From the NCBI RefSeq assembly GCF_009914755.1, contig NC_060948.1: a stretch of DNA of 64,000 nucleotides; one strand, written 5' to 3'. Shown here in pieces: positions 14,201 through 28,699 of the stretch; position 1 is the first letter of the stretch, and each line of letters starts with the position of its first letter. The notes beneath the pieces were generated by a model, which searched no databases, was not told the DNA's origin, and worked only from the letters and a program-made list of their open reading frames with translations. The position numbers and the translations under genes were made by a program. This DNA is from the human T2T-CHM13v2.0 reference genome, Homo sapiens.

Positions 14201-17200
14201 ATGTGAACGGAACGGAATGGAATGGAATCCAAAGGAATGGAATAGAATGGAATGGAATCGAATGGAAAGGACTCGAATGGAAATCACTCGAATAGAATGC
14301 ATTTTAATAAAATAGGATCAAATGTAATGGAATGGAATGGAAAGGAATCGAAACGAAAGGAATGGAGACAGATTTAATGGAATGGAACAGAGAGCAATGG
14401 TATAGAATGGAATGGAATCATCTGGAATGGAATTGAATGGAATGGAATAATATGAAATGGAATGGAATGGAATGGAATGGAATGCCCTTGAATTAAATGG
14501 ACTGGAATGGAATGGACTCGAACAGAGTGGAATGGAAAGTGTTGAGATAGAATGGAATGGACTCCTTTGGAATGGTCTAGTATGCAATGCAATCGACTGG
14601 TAGGGAATCAAATGGAATGTAATCGAATGGATTGGACTGGAATGCAATGGACTCGAATAGATTGGAAACGGAATGCAAAGGAATGGAATGGATTAGTATG
14701 GAATGGAATGGAAAGGAATGGAGTGGAATAGACTAGAGTGGAATGGAATGGACTGGAAAGCAATGGACTGGAATGGAACTTTCTTCAATGGACTGGAATC
14801 AAACGGAATGGAATGCAATGCAATCAAATGGCATGGAATAAAATAAAATGAAAGAGAATCAAATGGAATTGAATCGAATGGAATCGAATGGATTGGAAAG
14901 GAATAGAATGGAATGGAATGGAATTGACTCAAATGGAATGGACTAGAATGGAATGGATTCGAATGGAAGGCAAAGGAATGGAATCTATTGGAATGGACTG
15001 TAATGGAATGGAATGGAAGGGATTGGAATGGACTCGAATGGAATGGACTGCAATAGAAAGGATTCGAATGGAATGAAAAAGAATTGAATGGAATAGAACA
15101 GAATGGAATCAAATCGAATGAAATGGAATGGAATAGAAAGGAATGGAATGAAATGGAATGGAAAGGATTCGAATGGAATGCAATCGAATGGAATGGAATC
15201 GAACGGAATGGAATAAAATGGAAGAAAACTGGCAAGAAATGGAATCGAAATGAATGGAGTGTTATGGAACGGACTCAAAAGGAATTGAATGTAATAGAAT
15301 GGAGTGGAGTGGACTCGAATATAATGGACTGGAATGGAATGAAATCACATGGAATGGGAACGAATGGAATGGAATGGAAAGGAATGGAATCGAATGGAAA
15401 GGAATCGAATGGAAGGGAATGAAATTGAATCAACAGGAATGGAAGGGAATAGAATAGACGGTAATGGAATGGACTCGAATAGAATGGACACGAATGCTCA
15501 AATTGAATGGACTCGAATGGAATGGAAACGAAAGGAATGTCATCGAATGGAATTGAATCGATTGGAATGAAATCGCATAGAATGGAGTGGAATCAAATGG
15601 AATTGAATCGAAAGGAAAGGAAGCGAATGGACTGAAATGAAATGGAATGGAATTGAATGGAAAGTAATGCAATGGAATAGAATGGAACGAAATTTCACGG
15701 AATGGAATCAAACTGAATGGAATCAAATCAATGGAATCTAATCAAATGGAATGGAAAGGAATTGAATGGAGTAGATTGGATTGGATGGGATTGGAATGAA
15801 ATGTACTGGAAAGGACTCGAATTTCATGAAACGGAATGGAATGAATTGGAACGGAATGGACTCGAATGTAATGGAATGTCATGGAATGGCATCAAATGGA
15901 ATGGCATCAAATGGAATGGAATCGAATGCAATGGAATGCTATGGAATGGAATGGAATGCATTGGAATGGAATGTCCTCTAATGGAATGGATTCGAGTGGA
16001 ATGGAATCGAATATAATGGAGTCGAATGAAATGGAATTGAAAGGAATGGGATCGAATAGAATGGAATATACTGAAATGTAATGTAATGAACTCGAATGTA
16101 ATTGACTGGAATGGAATGTACATGATTGGAATGTAATCGAATGGAAAGTAATCCAATGGAATAGAATCTAATGCAATAAAACCGACTCAGATAGAGTAGA
16201 ATGTAATGGAATGGAGTGCAGTGCAATGGAATGGAATGGAATTGAATGCAATGGAATGGAATGGAATGGAATGGAATGGAATGGAATGGAATGGATTGGG
16301 ATGGAATGGTATGGAATGGATAGTAATGGACTGGAGTGAAATGGACTGGAAAGGAATGGACTCAAATTGAAAGGGCTCGAAAGGAATGGAGTCAAATGGA
16401 ATGGTCTGGAATGGAATGAACACGAATGTAATGCAATCCAATAAAATGGAAACGAATGGCATGGAATATAAAGAAATGGAATCGAAGAGAATGGAAACAA
16501 ATGGAATGGAATTGAATGGAATGGAATTGAATGGAATGGGAACGAATGGAGTGAAATTGTATGCAGTAGAAGGGAATAGAATGGAATGCAAGCGAAAGGA
16601 AAGGAATGGATTGGAATGGAATGGAATTCATTGGAATGGAAGGGAATGTAGTGTAATGGACAGGCCTGGAATAAAGTGGAATGCTACGGTCTCGAATGGA
16701 ATAAAAATGTATGGAATGGAATGCAATGAAACGGAATCGAATGTCATAGAATGTAATGGAATGCAACAAAATGGAATCCAAAATCATTGACTGGAAAGGC
16801 TGGGTGTCGAAAGGAATTGACTCCAATGGAATGGAATCGAATGGAATGGAAGTGAATAGAATCGAACTAAATCGAATGGAATGGAATTGATAGGAACGGA
16901 ATGGAAAGGAATGCAATGATTTGGCATGGAATGGAATCGAATGGCATCGAATGGAATGGAATGGAATGCAATGGAATGGAATGTATTAGAATGTAATGAA
17001 CTTTAATGGAATGTACTCGAATGGATTCGACTGGAATGGAATGTTCTGGAAGTGAATGGACTCCAATGGAATGGATTCAAAAGGAATGGAATCGTACGGA
17101 ATGGAATCTAATGGAATGGAATTAAATGGAAATGAATCAAATTGAATAGCACGGAATTGAATTGAATGGAATGGAATGCAATGGAATCTAATGAAACGGA

Positions 17201-20200
17201 AAGGAAAGGAATGCAATGGAATGGAATGGGCTGGAATGGAAAGGAATCGAAACGAATGGAATGGAATCGAACTGAAGAGACTGGAATGGAATGCACTGGA
17301 ATGGAAGGGAGTGTAATGGAAGGTTGTCGAAAAAAATGGAATCGAATGGAATGGAATTGAATGGAACGGAATAGAGTCGAATGGAATTGAATGGAATGGA
17401 ATGGACTAGAGTGAAATGGAATCGAACCACAAGGAATGGAGAGGAATAGAATGGTCTCGAATTGAATGGAATCGTATGGAATGGCATCAAACGGAATGGA
17501 ATGGACAGCCACGGAATGGAATGCACTCGAATGCAATGGAGTCGATACTAATAGACTGGAATAGAATGGACTCGACTGGTACGGACTCCAATGGAATGGA
17601 ATCGAATGGAAGGGAATCGAACGGAATGGACTCGAAGGGAAAAGACTGCAATGGAAAGGTCTCGAATGGAATGGAAATTAATGGAATGGAATGGAATCGA
17701 ATGAAATGGAGTCAAAAGGAATGGAATCGAATGGCAAGAAATCGAATGTAATGGAATCGCAAGGAATTGATGTGAACGGAACGGAATGGAATGGAATCCA
17801 AAGGAATGGAATAGAATGGAATGGAATCGAATGGAAAGGACTCGAATGGAAATCACTCGAATAGAATGCAATTTAATAAAATAGGATCAAATGTAATGGA
17901 ATGGAATGGAAAGGAATCGAAACGAAAGGAATGGAGACAGATTTAATGGAATAGAACAGAGAGCAATGGTATAGAATGGAATGGAATCATCTGGAATGGA
18001 ATTGAATGGAATGGAATAATATGAAATGGAATGGAATGGAATGGAATGGAATGCCCTTGAATTAAATGGACTGGAATGGAATGGACTCGAACAGAGTGGA
18101 ATGGAAAGTGTTGAGATAGAATGGAATGGACTCGTTTGGAATGGTCTAGTATGCAATGCAATCGACTGGCAGGGAATCAAAAGGAATGTAATCGAATGGA
18201 TTGGACTGGAATGCAATGGACTCGAATAGATTGCAAACGGAATGCAAAGGAATGGAATGGAATAGTATGGAATGGAATGGAAAGGAATGGAGTGGAATAG
18301 ACTAGAGTGGAATGGAATGGACTGGAAAGCAATAGACTGGAATGGAACTTTCTTGAATGGACTGGAATCAAACGGAATGGAATGCAATGCAATCAAATGG
18401 CATGGAATAAAATAGAATGAAAGAGAATCAAATGGAATTGAATCGAATGGAATCGAATGGATTGGAAAGGAATAGAATGGAATGGAATGGAATGGACTAG
18501 AATGGAATGGATTCGAATGGAAGGCAAAGGAATGGAATCTATTGGAATGGACTGTAATGGAATGGAATGGAAGGGATTGGAATGGACTCGAATGGAATGG
18601 ACTGCAATAGAAAGGATTCGAATGGAATGAAAAAGAATTGAATGGAATAGAACAGAATGGAATCAAATCGAATGAAATGGAATGGAATAGAAAGGAATGG
18701 AATGAAATGGAATGGAAAGGATTCGAATGGAATGCAATCGAATGGAATGGAATCGAACGGAATGGAATAAAATGGAAGAAAACTGGCAAGAAATGGAATC
18801 GAAATGAATGGAGTGTTATGGAACGGACTCAAAAGGAATTGAATGTAATAGAATGGAGTGGAGTGGACTCGAATATAATGGACTGGAATGGAATGAAATC
18901 ACATGGAATGGGAACGAATAGAATGGAATGGAAAGGAATGGAATCGAATGGAAAGGAATCGAATGGAAGGGAATGAAATTGAATCAACAGGAATGGAAGG
19001 GAATAGAATAGACGGTAATGGAATGGACTCGAATAGAATGGACACGAATGCTCAAATTGAATGGACTCGAATGGAATGGAAACGAAAGGAATGTCATCGA
19101 ATGGAATTGAATCGATTGGAATGAAATCGCATAGAATGGAGTGGAATCAAATGGAATTGAATCGAAAGGAAAGGAAGCGAATGGACTGAAATGAAATGGA
19201 ATGGAATTGAATGGAAAGTAATGCAATGGAATAGAATGGAACGAAATTTCACGGAATGGAATCAAACTGAATGGAATCAAATCAATGGAATCCAATCAAA
19301 TGGAATGGAGTAGATTGGATTGGATGGGATTGGAATGAAATGTACTGGAAAGGACTCGAATTTCATGAAACGGAATGGAATGAATTGGAACGGAATGGAC
19401 TCGAATGGAATGGAATGTCATAGAATGGCATCAAATGGAATGGCATCAAATGGAATGGAATCGAATGCAATGGAATGCTATGGAATGGAATGGAATGCAT
19501 TGGAATGGAATGTCCTCTAATGGAATGGATTCGAGTGGAATGGAATCGAATATAATGGAGTCGAATGAAATGGAATTGAAAGGAATGGGATCGAATACAA
19601 TGGAATATACTGGAATGTAATGTAATGAACTCGAATGTAATTGACTGGAATGGAATGTACATGAATGGAATGTAATCGAATGGAAAGTAATCCAATGGAA
19701 TAGAATCTAATGCAATAAAATCGAATCAGATAGAGTAGAATGTAATGGAATGGAGTGCAGTGCAATGGAATGGAATGGAATGGAATGCAATGGAATGGAA
19801 TGGAATGGAATGGAATGGAATGGAATGGAATGGGATGGAATGGTATGGAATGGATGGTAATGGACTGGAGTGAAATGGACTGGAAAGGAATGGACTCAAA
19901 TTGAAAGGGCTGGAAAGGAATGGAGTCAAATGGAATGGTCTGGAATGGAATGAACACGAAAGTAATGCAATCCAATAGAATGGAATCGAATGGCATGGAA
20001 TATAATGAAATGGAATCGAAGAGAATGGAAACAAATGGAATGGAATTGAATGGAATGGAATTGAATGGAATGGGAACGAATGGAGTGAAATTGTATGCAG
20101 TAGAAGGGAATAGAATGGAATGCAAGCGAAAGGAAAGGAATGGATTGGAATGGAATGGAATTCATTGGAATGGAAGGGAATGTAGTGTAATAACAGGCCT

Positions 20201-23200
20201 GGAATAAAGTGGAATGCTACGGTCTCGAATGGAATAAAAATGTATGGAATGGAATGCAATGAAACGGAATCGAATGTCATAGAATGTAATGGAATGCAAC
20301 AAAATGGAATCCAAAATCATTGACTGGAAAGGCTGGGTGTCGAAAGGAATTGACTCCAATGGAATGGAATCGAATGGAATGGAAGTGAATAGAATCGAAC
20401 TAAATCGAATGGAATGGAATTGATAGGAACGGAATGGAAAGGAATGCAATGATTTGGCACGGAAAGGAATCGAATGGCATCGAACGGAATGGAATGGAAT
20501 GCAATTGAATGGAACGTATTAGAATGTAATGAACTTTAATGGAATGTACTCGAATGGATTCGACTGGAATGGAATGTTCTGGAAGTGAATGGACTCCAAT
20601 GGAATGGATTCAAAAGGAATGGAATCGTACGGAATGGAATCTAATGGAATGGAATTAAATGGAAATGAATCAAATTGAATAGCATGGAATTGAATTGAAT
20701 GGAATGGAATGCAATGGAATCTAATGAAACGGAAAGGAAAGTAATGGAATGGAATGGAATGGGCTGGAATGGAAAGGAATCGAAACGAATGGAATGGAAT
20801 CGAACTGACGAGACTGGAATGGAATGCACTGGAATGGAAGGGAGTGTAATGGAAGGTTCTCGAAAAAAATGGAATCGAATGGAATGGAATTGAATGGAAC
20901 GGAATAGAGTCGAATGGAATTGAATGGAATGGAATGGACTAGAGTGAAATGGAATCGAACCACAAGGAATGGAGAGGAATAGAATGGTCTCGAATTGAAT
21001 GGAATCGTATGGAATGGCATCAAACGGAATGGAATGGACAGCCACGGAATGGAATGCACTCGAATGCAATGGAGTCGAAACTAATGGACTGGAATAGAAT
21101 GGATTCGACTGGTACGGACTCCAATGGAATGGAATCGAATGGAAGGGAATCGAACGGAATGGACTCGAAGGGAAAAGACTGCAATGGAAAGGTCTCGAAT
21201 GGAATGGAAATTAATGGAATGGAATGGAATCGAATGAAATGGAGTCAAAAGGAATGGAATCGAATGGCAAGAAATCGAATGTAATGGAATCGCAAGGAAT
21301 TGATGTGAACGGAACGGAATGGAATGGAATCCAAAGGAATGGAATAGAATGGAATGGAATCGAATGGAAAGGACTCGAATGGAAATCACTCGAATAGAAT
21401 GCAATTTAATAAAATAGGATCAAATGTAATGGAATGGAATGGAAAGGAATCGAAACGAAAGGAATGGAGACAGATGGAATGGAATGGAACAGAGAGCAAT
21501 GGTATAGAATGGAATGGAATCATCAGGAATGGAATTGAATGGAATGGAATAATATGAAATGGAATGGAATGGAATGGAATGGAATGCCCTTGAATTAAAT
21601 GGACTGGAATGGAATGGACTCGAACAGAGTGGAATGGAAAGTGTTGAGATAGAATGGAATGGACTCCTTTGGAATGGTCTAGTATGCAATGCAATCGACT
21701 GGCAGGGAATCAAAAGGAATGTAATGGAATGGATTGGACTGGAATGCAATGGACTCGAATAGATTGGAAACGGAATGCAAAGGAATGGAATGGAATAGTA
21801 TGGAATGGAATGGAAAGGAATGGAGTGGAATAGACTAGAGTGGAATGGAATGGACTGGAAAGCAATAGACTGGAATGGAACTTTCTTGAATGGACTGGAA
21901 TGAAACGGAATGGAATGCAATGCAATCAAATGGCATGGAATAAAATAGAATGAAAGAGAATCAAATGGAATTGAATCGAATGGAATCGAATGGATTGGAA
22001 AGGAATAGAATGGAATGGAATGGAATTGACTCAAATGGAATGGACTAGAATGGAATGGATTCGAATGGAAGGCAAAGGAATGGAATCTATTGGAATGGAC
22101 TGTAATGGAATGGAATGGAAGGGATTGGAATGGACTCGAATGGAATGGACTGCAATAGAAAGGATTCGAATGGAATGAAAAAGAATTGAATGGAATAGAA
22201 CAGAATGGAATCAAATCGAATGAAATGGAATGGAATAGAAAGGAATGGAATGAAATGGAATGGAAAGGATTCGAATGGAATGCAATCGAATGGAATGGAA
22301 TCGAACGGAATGGAATAAAATGGAAGAAAACTGGCAAGAAATGGAATCGAAATGAATGGAGTGTTATGGAACGGACTCAAAAGGAATTGAATGTAATAGA
22401 ATGGAGTGGAGTGGACTCGAATATAATGGACTGGAATGGAATGAAATCACATGGAATGGGAACGAATGGAATGGAATGGAAAGGAATGGAATCGAATGGA
22501 AAGGAATCGAATGGAAGGGAATGAAATTGAATCAACAGGAATGGAAGGGAATAGAATAGACGGTAATGGAATGGACTCGAATAGAATGGACACGAATGCT
22601 CAAATTGAATGGACTCGAATGGAATGGAAACGAAAGGAATGTCATCGAATGGAATTGAATCGATTGGAATGAAATCGCATAGAATGGAGTGGAATCAAAT
22701 GGAATTGAATCGAAAGGAAAGGAAGCGAATGGACTGAAATGAAATGGAATGGAATTGAATGGAAAGTAATGCAATGGAATAGAATGGAACGAAATTTCAC
22801 GGAATGGAATCAAACTGAATGGAATCAAATCAATGGAATCTAATCAAATGGAATGGAAAGGAATTGAATGGAGTAGATTGGATTGGATGGGATTGGAATG
22901 AAATGTACTGGAAAGGACTCGAATTTCATGAAACGGAATGGAATGAATTGGAACGGAATGGACTCGAATGGAATGGAATGTCATGGAATGGCATCAAATG
23001 GAATGGCATCAAGTGGAATGGAATCGAATGCAATGGAATGCTATGGAATGGAATGGAATGCATTGGAATGGAATGTCCTCTAATGGAATGGATTCGAGTG
23101 GAATGGAATCGAATATAATGGAGTCGAATGAAATGGAATTGAAAAGAATGGGATCGAATACAATGGAATATACTGGAATGTAATGTAATGAACTCGAATG

Positions 23201-26200
23201 TAATTGACTGGAATGGAATGTACATGAATGGAATGTAATCGAATGGAAAGTAATCCAATGGAATAGAAACTAATGCAATAAAATCGACTCAAATAGAGTA
23301 GAATGTAATGGAATGGAGTGCAGTGCAATGGAATGGAATGGAATGGAATGCAATGGAATGGAATGGAATGTTATGGAATGGAATTGAATGGATTGGAATG
23401 GGATGGAATGGTATGGAATGGATAGTAATGGACTGGAGTGAAATGGACTGGAAAGGAATGGACTCAAATTGAAAGGGCTCGAAAGGAATGGAGTCAAATG
23501 GCATAGTCTGGAATGGAATGAACACGAATGTAATGCAATCCAATAGAATGTAATCGAATGGCATGGAATATAAAGAAATGGAATCGAAGAGAATGGAAAC
23601 AAATGGAATGGAATTGAATGGAATGGAATTGAATGGAATGGGAACGAATGGAGTGAAATTGTATGCAGTAGAAGAGAATAGAATGGAATGCAAGCGAAAG
23701 GAAAGGAATGGATTGGAATGGAATGGAATTCATTGGAATGGAAGGGAATGTAGTGTAATGGACAGGCCTGGAATAAAGTGGAATGCTACGGTCTCGAATG
23801 GAATAAAAATGTATGGAATGGAATGCAATGAAACGGAATCGAGTGTCATAGAATGTAATGGAATGCAAAAAAATGGAATCCAAAATCATTGACTGGAAAG
23901 GCTGGGTGTCGAAAGGAATTGACTCCAATGGAATGGAATCGAATGGAATGGAAGTGAATAGAATCGAACTAAATCGAATGGAATGGAATTGATAGGAACG
24001 GAATGGAAAGGAATGCAATGATTTGGCATGGAATGCAATCGAATGGCATCGAATGGAATGGAATGGAATGCAATGGAATGGAATGTATTAGAATGTAATG
24101 AACTTTAATGGAATGTACTCGAATGGATTCGACTGGAATGGAATGTTCTGGAAGTGAATGGACTCCAATGGAATGGATTCAAAAGGAATGGAATCGTACG
24201 GAATGGAATCTAATGGAATGGAATTAAATGGAAATGAATCAAATTGAATAGCACGGAATTGAATTGAATGGAATGGAATGCAATGGAATCTAATGAAACG
24301 GAAAGGAAAGGAATGGAATGGAATGGAATGGGCTGGAATGGAAAGGAATCGAAACGAATGGAATGGAATCGAACTGAAGAGACTGGAATGGAATGCACTG
24401 GAATGGAAGGGAGTGTAATGGAAGGTTCTCGATAAAAATGGAATCGAATGGAATGGAATTGAATGGAACGGAATAGAGTCGAATGGAATTGAATGGAATG
24501 GAATGGACTAGAGTGAAATGGAATCGAACCACAAGGAATGGACAGGAATAGAATGGTCTCGAATTGAATGGAATCGTATGGAATGGCATCAAACGGAATG
24601 GAATGGACAGCCACGGAATGGAATGCACTCGAATGCAATGGAGTCGAAACTAATGGACTGGAATAGAATGGACTCGACTGGTACGGACTCCAATGGAATG
24701 GAATCGAATGGAAGTGAATCGAACGGAATGGACTCAAAGGGAAAAGACTGCAATGGAAAGGTCTCGAATGGAATGGAAATTAATGGAATGGAATAGAATC
24801 GAATGAAATGGAGTCAAAAGGAATGGAATCGAATGGCAAGAAATCGAATGTAATGGAATCGCAAGGAATTGATGTGAACGGAACGGAATGGAATGGAATC
24901 CAAAGGAATGGAATAGAATGGAATGGAATCGAATGGAAAGGACTCGAATGGAAATCACTCGAATAGAATGCAATTTAATAAATAGGATCAAATGTAATGG
25001 AATGGAATGGAAAGGAATCGAAACGAAAGGAATGGAGACAGATGGAATGGAATGGAACAGAGAGCAATGGTATAGAATGGAATGGAATCATCTGGAATGG
25101 AATTGAATGGAATGGAATAATATGAAATGGAATGGAATGGAATGGAATGGAATGCCCTTGAATTAAATGGACTGGAATGGAATGGACTCGAACAGAGTGG
25201 AATGGAAAGTGTTGAGATAGAATGGAATGGACTCGTTTGGAATGGTCTAGTATGCAATGCAATCGACTGGCAGGGAATCAAAAGGAATGTAATGGAATGG
25301 ATTGGACTGGAATGCAATGGACTCGAATACATTGGAAACGGAATGCAAAGGAATGGAATGGAATAGTATGGAATGGAATGGAAAGGAATGGAGTGGAATA
25401 GACTAGAGTGGAATGGAATGGACTGGAAAGCAATAGACTGGAATGGAACTTTCTTGAATGGACTGGAATCAAACGGAATGGAATGCAATGCAATCAAATG
25501 GCATGGAATAAAATAGAATGAAAGAGAATCAAATGGAATTGAATCGAATGGAATCGAATGGATTGGAAAGGAATAGAATGGAATGGAATGGAATTGACTC
25601 AAATGGAATGGACTAGAATGGAATGGATTCGAATGGAAGGCAAAGGAATGGAATCTATTGGAATGGACTGTAATGGAATGGAATGGAAGGGATTGGAATG
25701 GACTCGAATGGAATGGACTGCAATAGAAAGGATTCGAATGGAATGAAAAAGAATTGAATGGAATAGAACAGAATGGAATCAAATCGAATGAAATGGAATG
25801 GAATAGAAAGGAATGGAATGAAATGGAATGGAAAGGATTCGAATGGAATGCAATCGAATGGAATGGAATCGAACGGAATGGAATAAAATGGAAGAAAACT
25901 GGCAAGAAATGGAATCGAAATGAATGGAGTGTTATGGAACGGACTCAAAAGGAATTGAATGTAATAGAATGGAGTGGAGTGGACTCGAATATAATGGACT
26001 GGAATGGAATGAAATCACATGGAATGGGAACGAATGGAATGGAATGGAAAGGAATGGAATCGAATGGAAAGGAATCGAATGGAAGGGAATGAAATTGAAT
26101 CAACAGGAATGGAAGGGAATAGAATAGACGGTAATGGAATGGACTCGAATAGAATGGACACGAATGCTCAAATTGAATGGACTCGAATGGAATGGAAACG

Positions 26201-28699
26201 AAAGGAATGTCATCGAATGGAATTGAATCGATTGGAATGAAATCGCATAGAATGGAGTGGAATCAAATGGAATTGAATCGAAAGGAAAGGAAGCGAATGG
26301 ACTGAAATGAAATGGAATGGAATTGAATGGAAAGTAATGCAATGGAATAGAATGGAACGAAATTTCACGGAATGGAATCAAACTGAATGGAATCAAATCA
26401 ATGGAATCAAATCAAATGGAATGGAAAGGAATTGAATGGAGTAGATTGGATTGGATGGGATTGGAATGAAATGTACTGGAAAGGACTCGAATTTCATGAA
26501 ACGGAATGGAATGAATTGGAACGGAATGGACTCGAATGGAATGGAATGTCATGGAATGGCATCAAATGGAATGGCATCAAATGGAATGGAATCGAATGCA
26601 ATGGAATGCTACGGAATGGAATGGAATGCATTGGAATGGAAAGTCCTCTAATGGAATGGATTCGAGTGGAATGGAATCGAATATAATGGAGTCGAATGAA
26701 ATGGAATTGAAAAGAATGGGATTCAAATACAATGGAATATACTGGAATGTAATGTAATGAACTCGAATGAAATTGACTGGAATGGAATGTACATGAATGG
26801 AATGTAATCGAATGGAAAGTAATCCAATGGAATAGAAACTAATGCAATAAAATCGACTCAAATAGAGTAGAATGTAATGGAATGGAGTGCAGTGCAATGG
26901 AATGCAATGGAATGGAATGCAATGGAATGGAATGGATTGGAATGGAATGGGATGGAATGGTGTGGAATGGATAGTAATGGACTGGTGTGAAATGGACTGG
27001 AAAGGAATGGACTCAAATTGAAAGGGCTCGAAAGGAATGGAGTCAAATGGAATGGTCTGGAATGGAATGAACACGAATGTAATGCAATCCAATAGAATGG
27101 AATCGAATGGCATGGAATATAAAGAAATGGAATCGAAGAGAATGGAAACAAATGGAATGGAATTGAATGGAATGGAATTGAATGGAATGGGAAGGAATGG
27201 AGTGAAATTGTATGCAGTAGTAGAGAATAGAATGGAATGCAAGTGAAAGGAAAGGAATGGATTGGAATGGAATGGAATTCATTGGAATGGAAGGGAATGT
27301 AGTGTAATGGACAGGCCTGGAATAAAGTGGAATGCTACGGTCTCGAATGGAATAAAAATGTATGGAATGGAATGCAATGAAACGGAATCGAATGTCATAG
27401 AATGTAATGGAATGCAACAAAATGGAATCCAAAATCATTGACTGGAAAGGCTGGGTGTCGAAAGGAATTGACTCCAATGGAATGGAATCGAATGGAATGG
27501 AAGTGAATAGAATCGAACTAAATCGAATGGAATGGAATTGATAGGAACAGAATGGAAAGGAATGCAATGATTTGGCATGGAATGGAATCGAATGGCATCG
27601 AATGGAATGGAATGGAATGCAATGGAATGGAATGTATTAGAATGTAATGAACTTTAATGGAATGTACTCGAATGGATTCGACTGGAATGGAATGTTCTGG
27701 AAGTGAATGGACTCCAATGGAATGGATTCAAAAGGAATGGAATCGTACGGAATGGAATCTAATGGAATGGAATTAAATGGAAATGAATCAAATTGAATAG
27801 CACGGAATTGAATTGAATGGAATCGAATGCAATGGAATCTAATGAAACGGAAAGGAAAGGAATGGAATGGAATGGAATGGGCTGGAATGGAAAGGAATCG
27901 AAACGAATGGAATGGAATCGAACTGAAGAGACTGGAATGGAATGCACTGGAATGGAAGGGAGTGTAATGAAGGTTCTCGAAAAAAATGGAATCGAATGGA
28001 ATGGAATTGAATGGAACGGAATAGAGTCGAATGGAATTGAATGGAATGGAATGGACTAGAGTGAAATGGAATCGAACCACAAGGAATGGACAGGAATAGA
28101 ATGGTCTCGAATTGAATGGAATCGTATGGTATGGCATCAAACGGAATGGAATGGACAGCCACGGAATGGAATGCACTCGAATGCAATGGAGTCGAAACTA
28201 ATGGACTGGAATAGAATGGACTCGACTGGTACGGACTCCAATGGAATGGAATCGAATGGAAGGGAATCGAACGGAATGGACTCGAAGGGAAAAGACTGCA
28301 ATGGAAAGGTCTCGAATGGAATGGAAATTAATGGAATGGAATGGAATCGAATGAAATGGAGTCAAAAGGAATGGAATCGAATGGCAAGAAATCGAATGTA
28401 ATGGAATCGCAAGGAATTGATGTGAACGGAACGGAATGGAATGGAATCCAAAGGAATGGAATAGAATGGAATGGAATCGAATGGAAAGGACTCGAATGGA
28501 AATCACTCGAATAGAATGCAATTTAATAAAATAGGATCAAATGTAATGGAATGGAATGGAAAGGAATCGAAACGAAAGGAATGGAGACAGATGGAATGGA
28601 ATGGAACAGAGAGCAATGGTATAGAATGGAATGGAATCATCTGGAATGGAATTGAATGGAATGGAATAATATGAAATGGAATGGAATGGAATGGAATGG

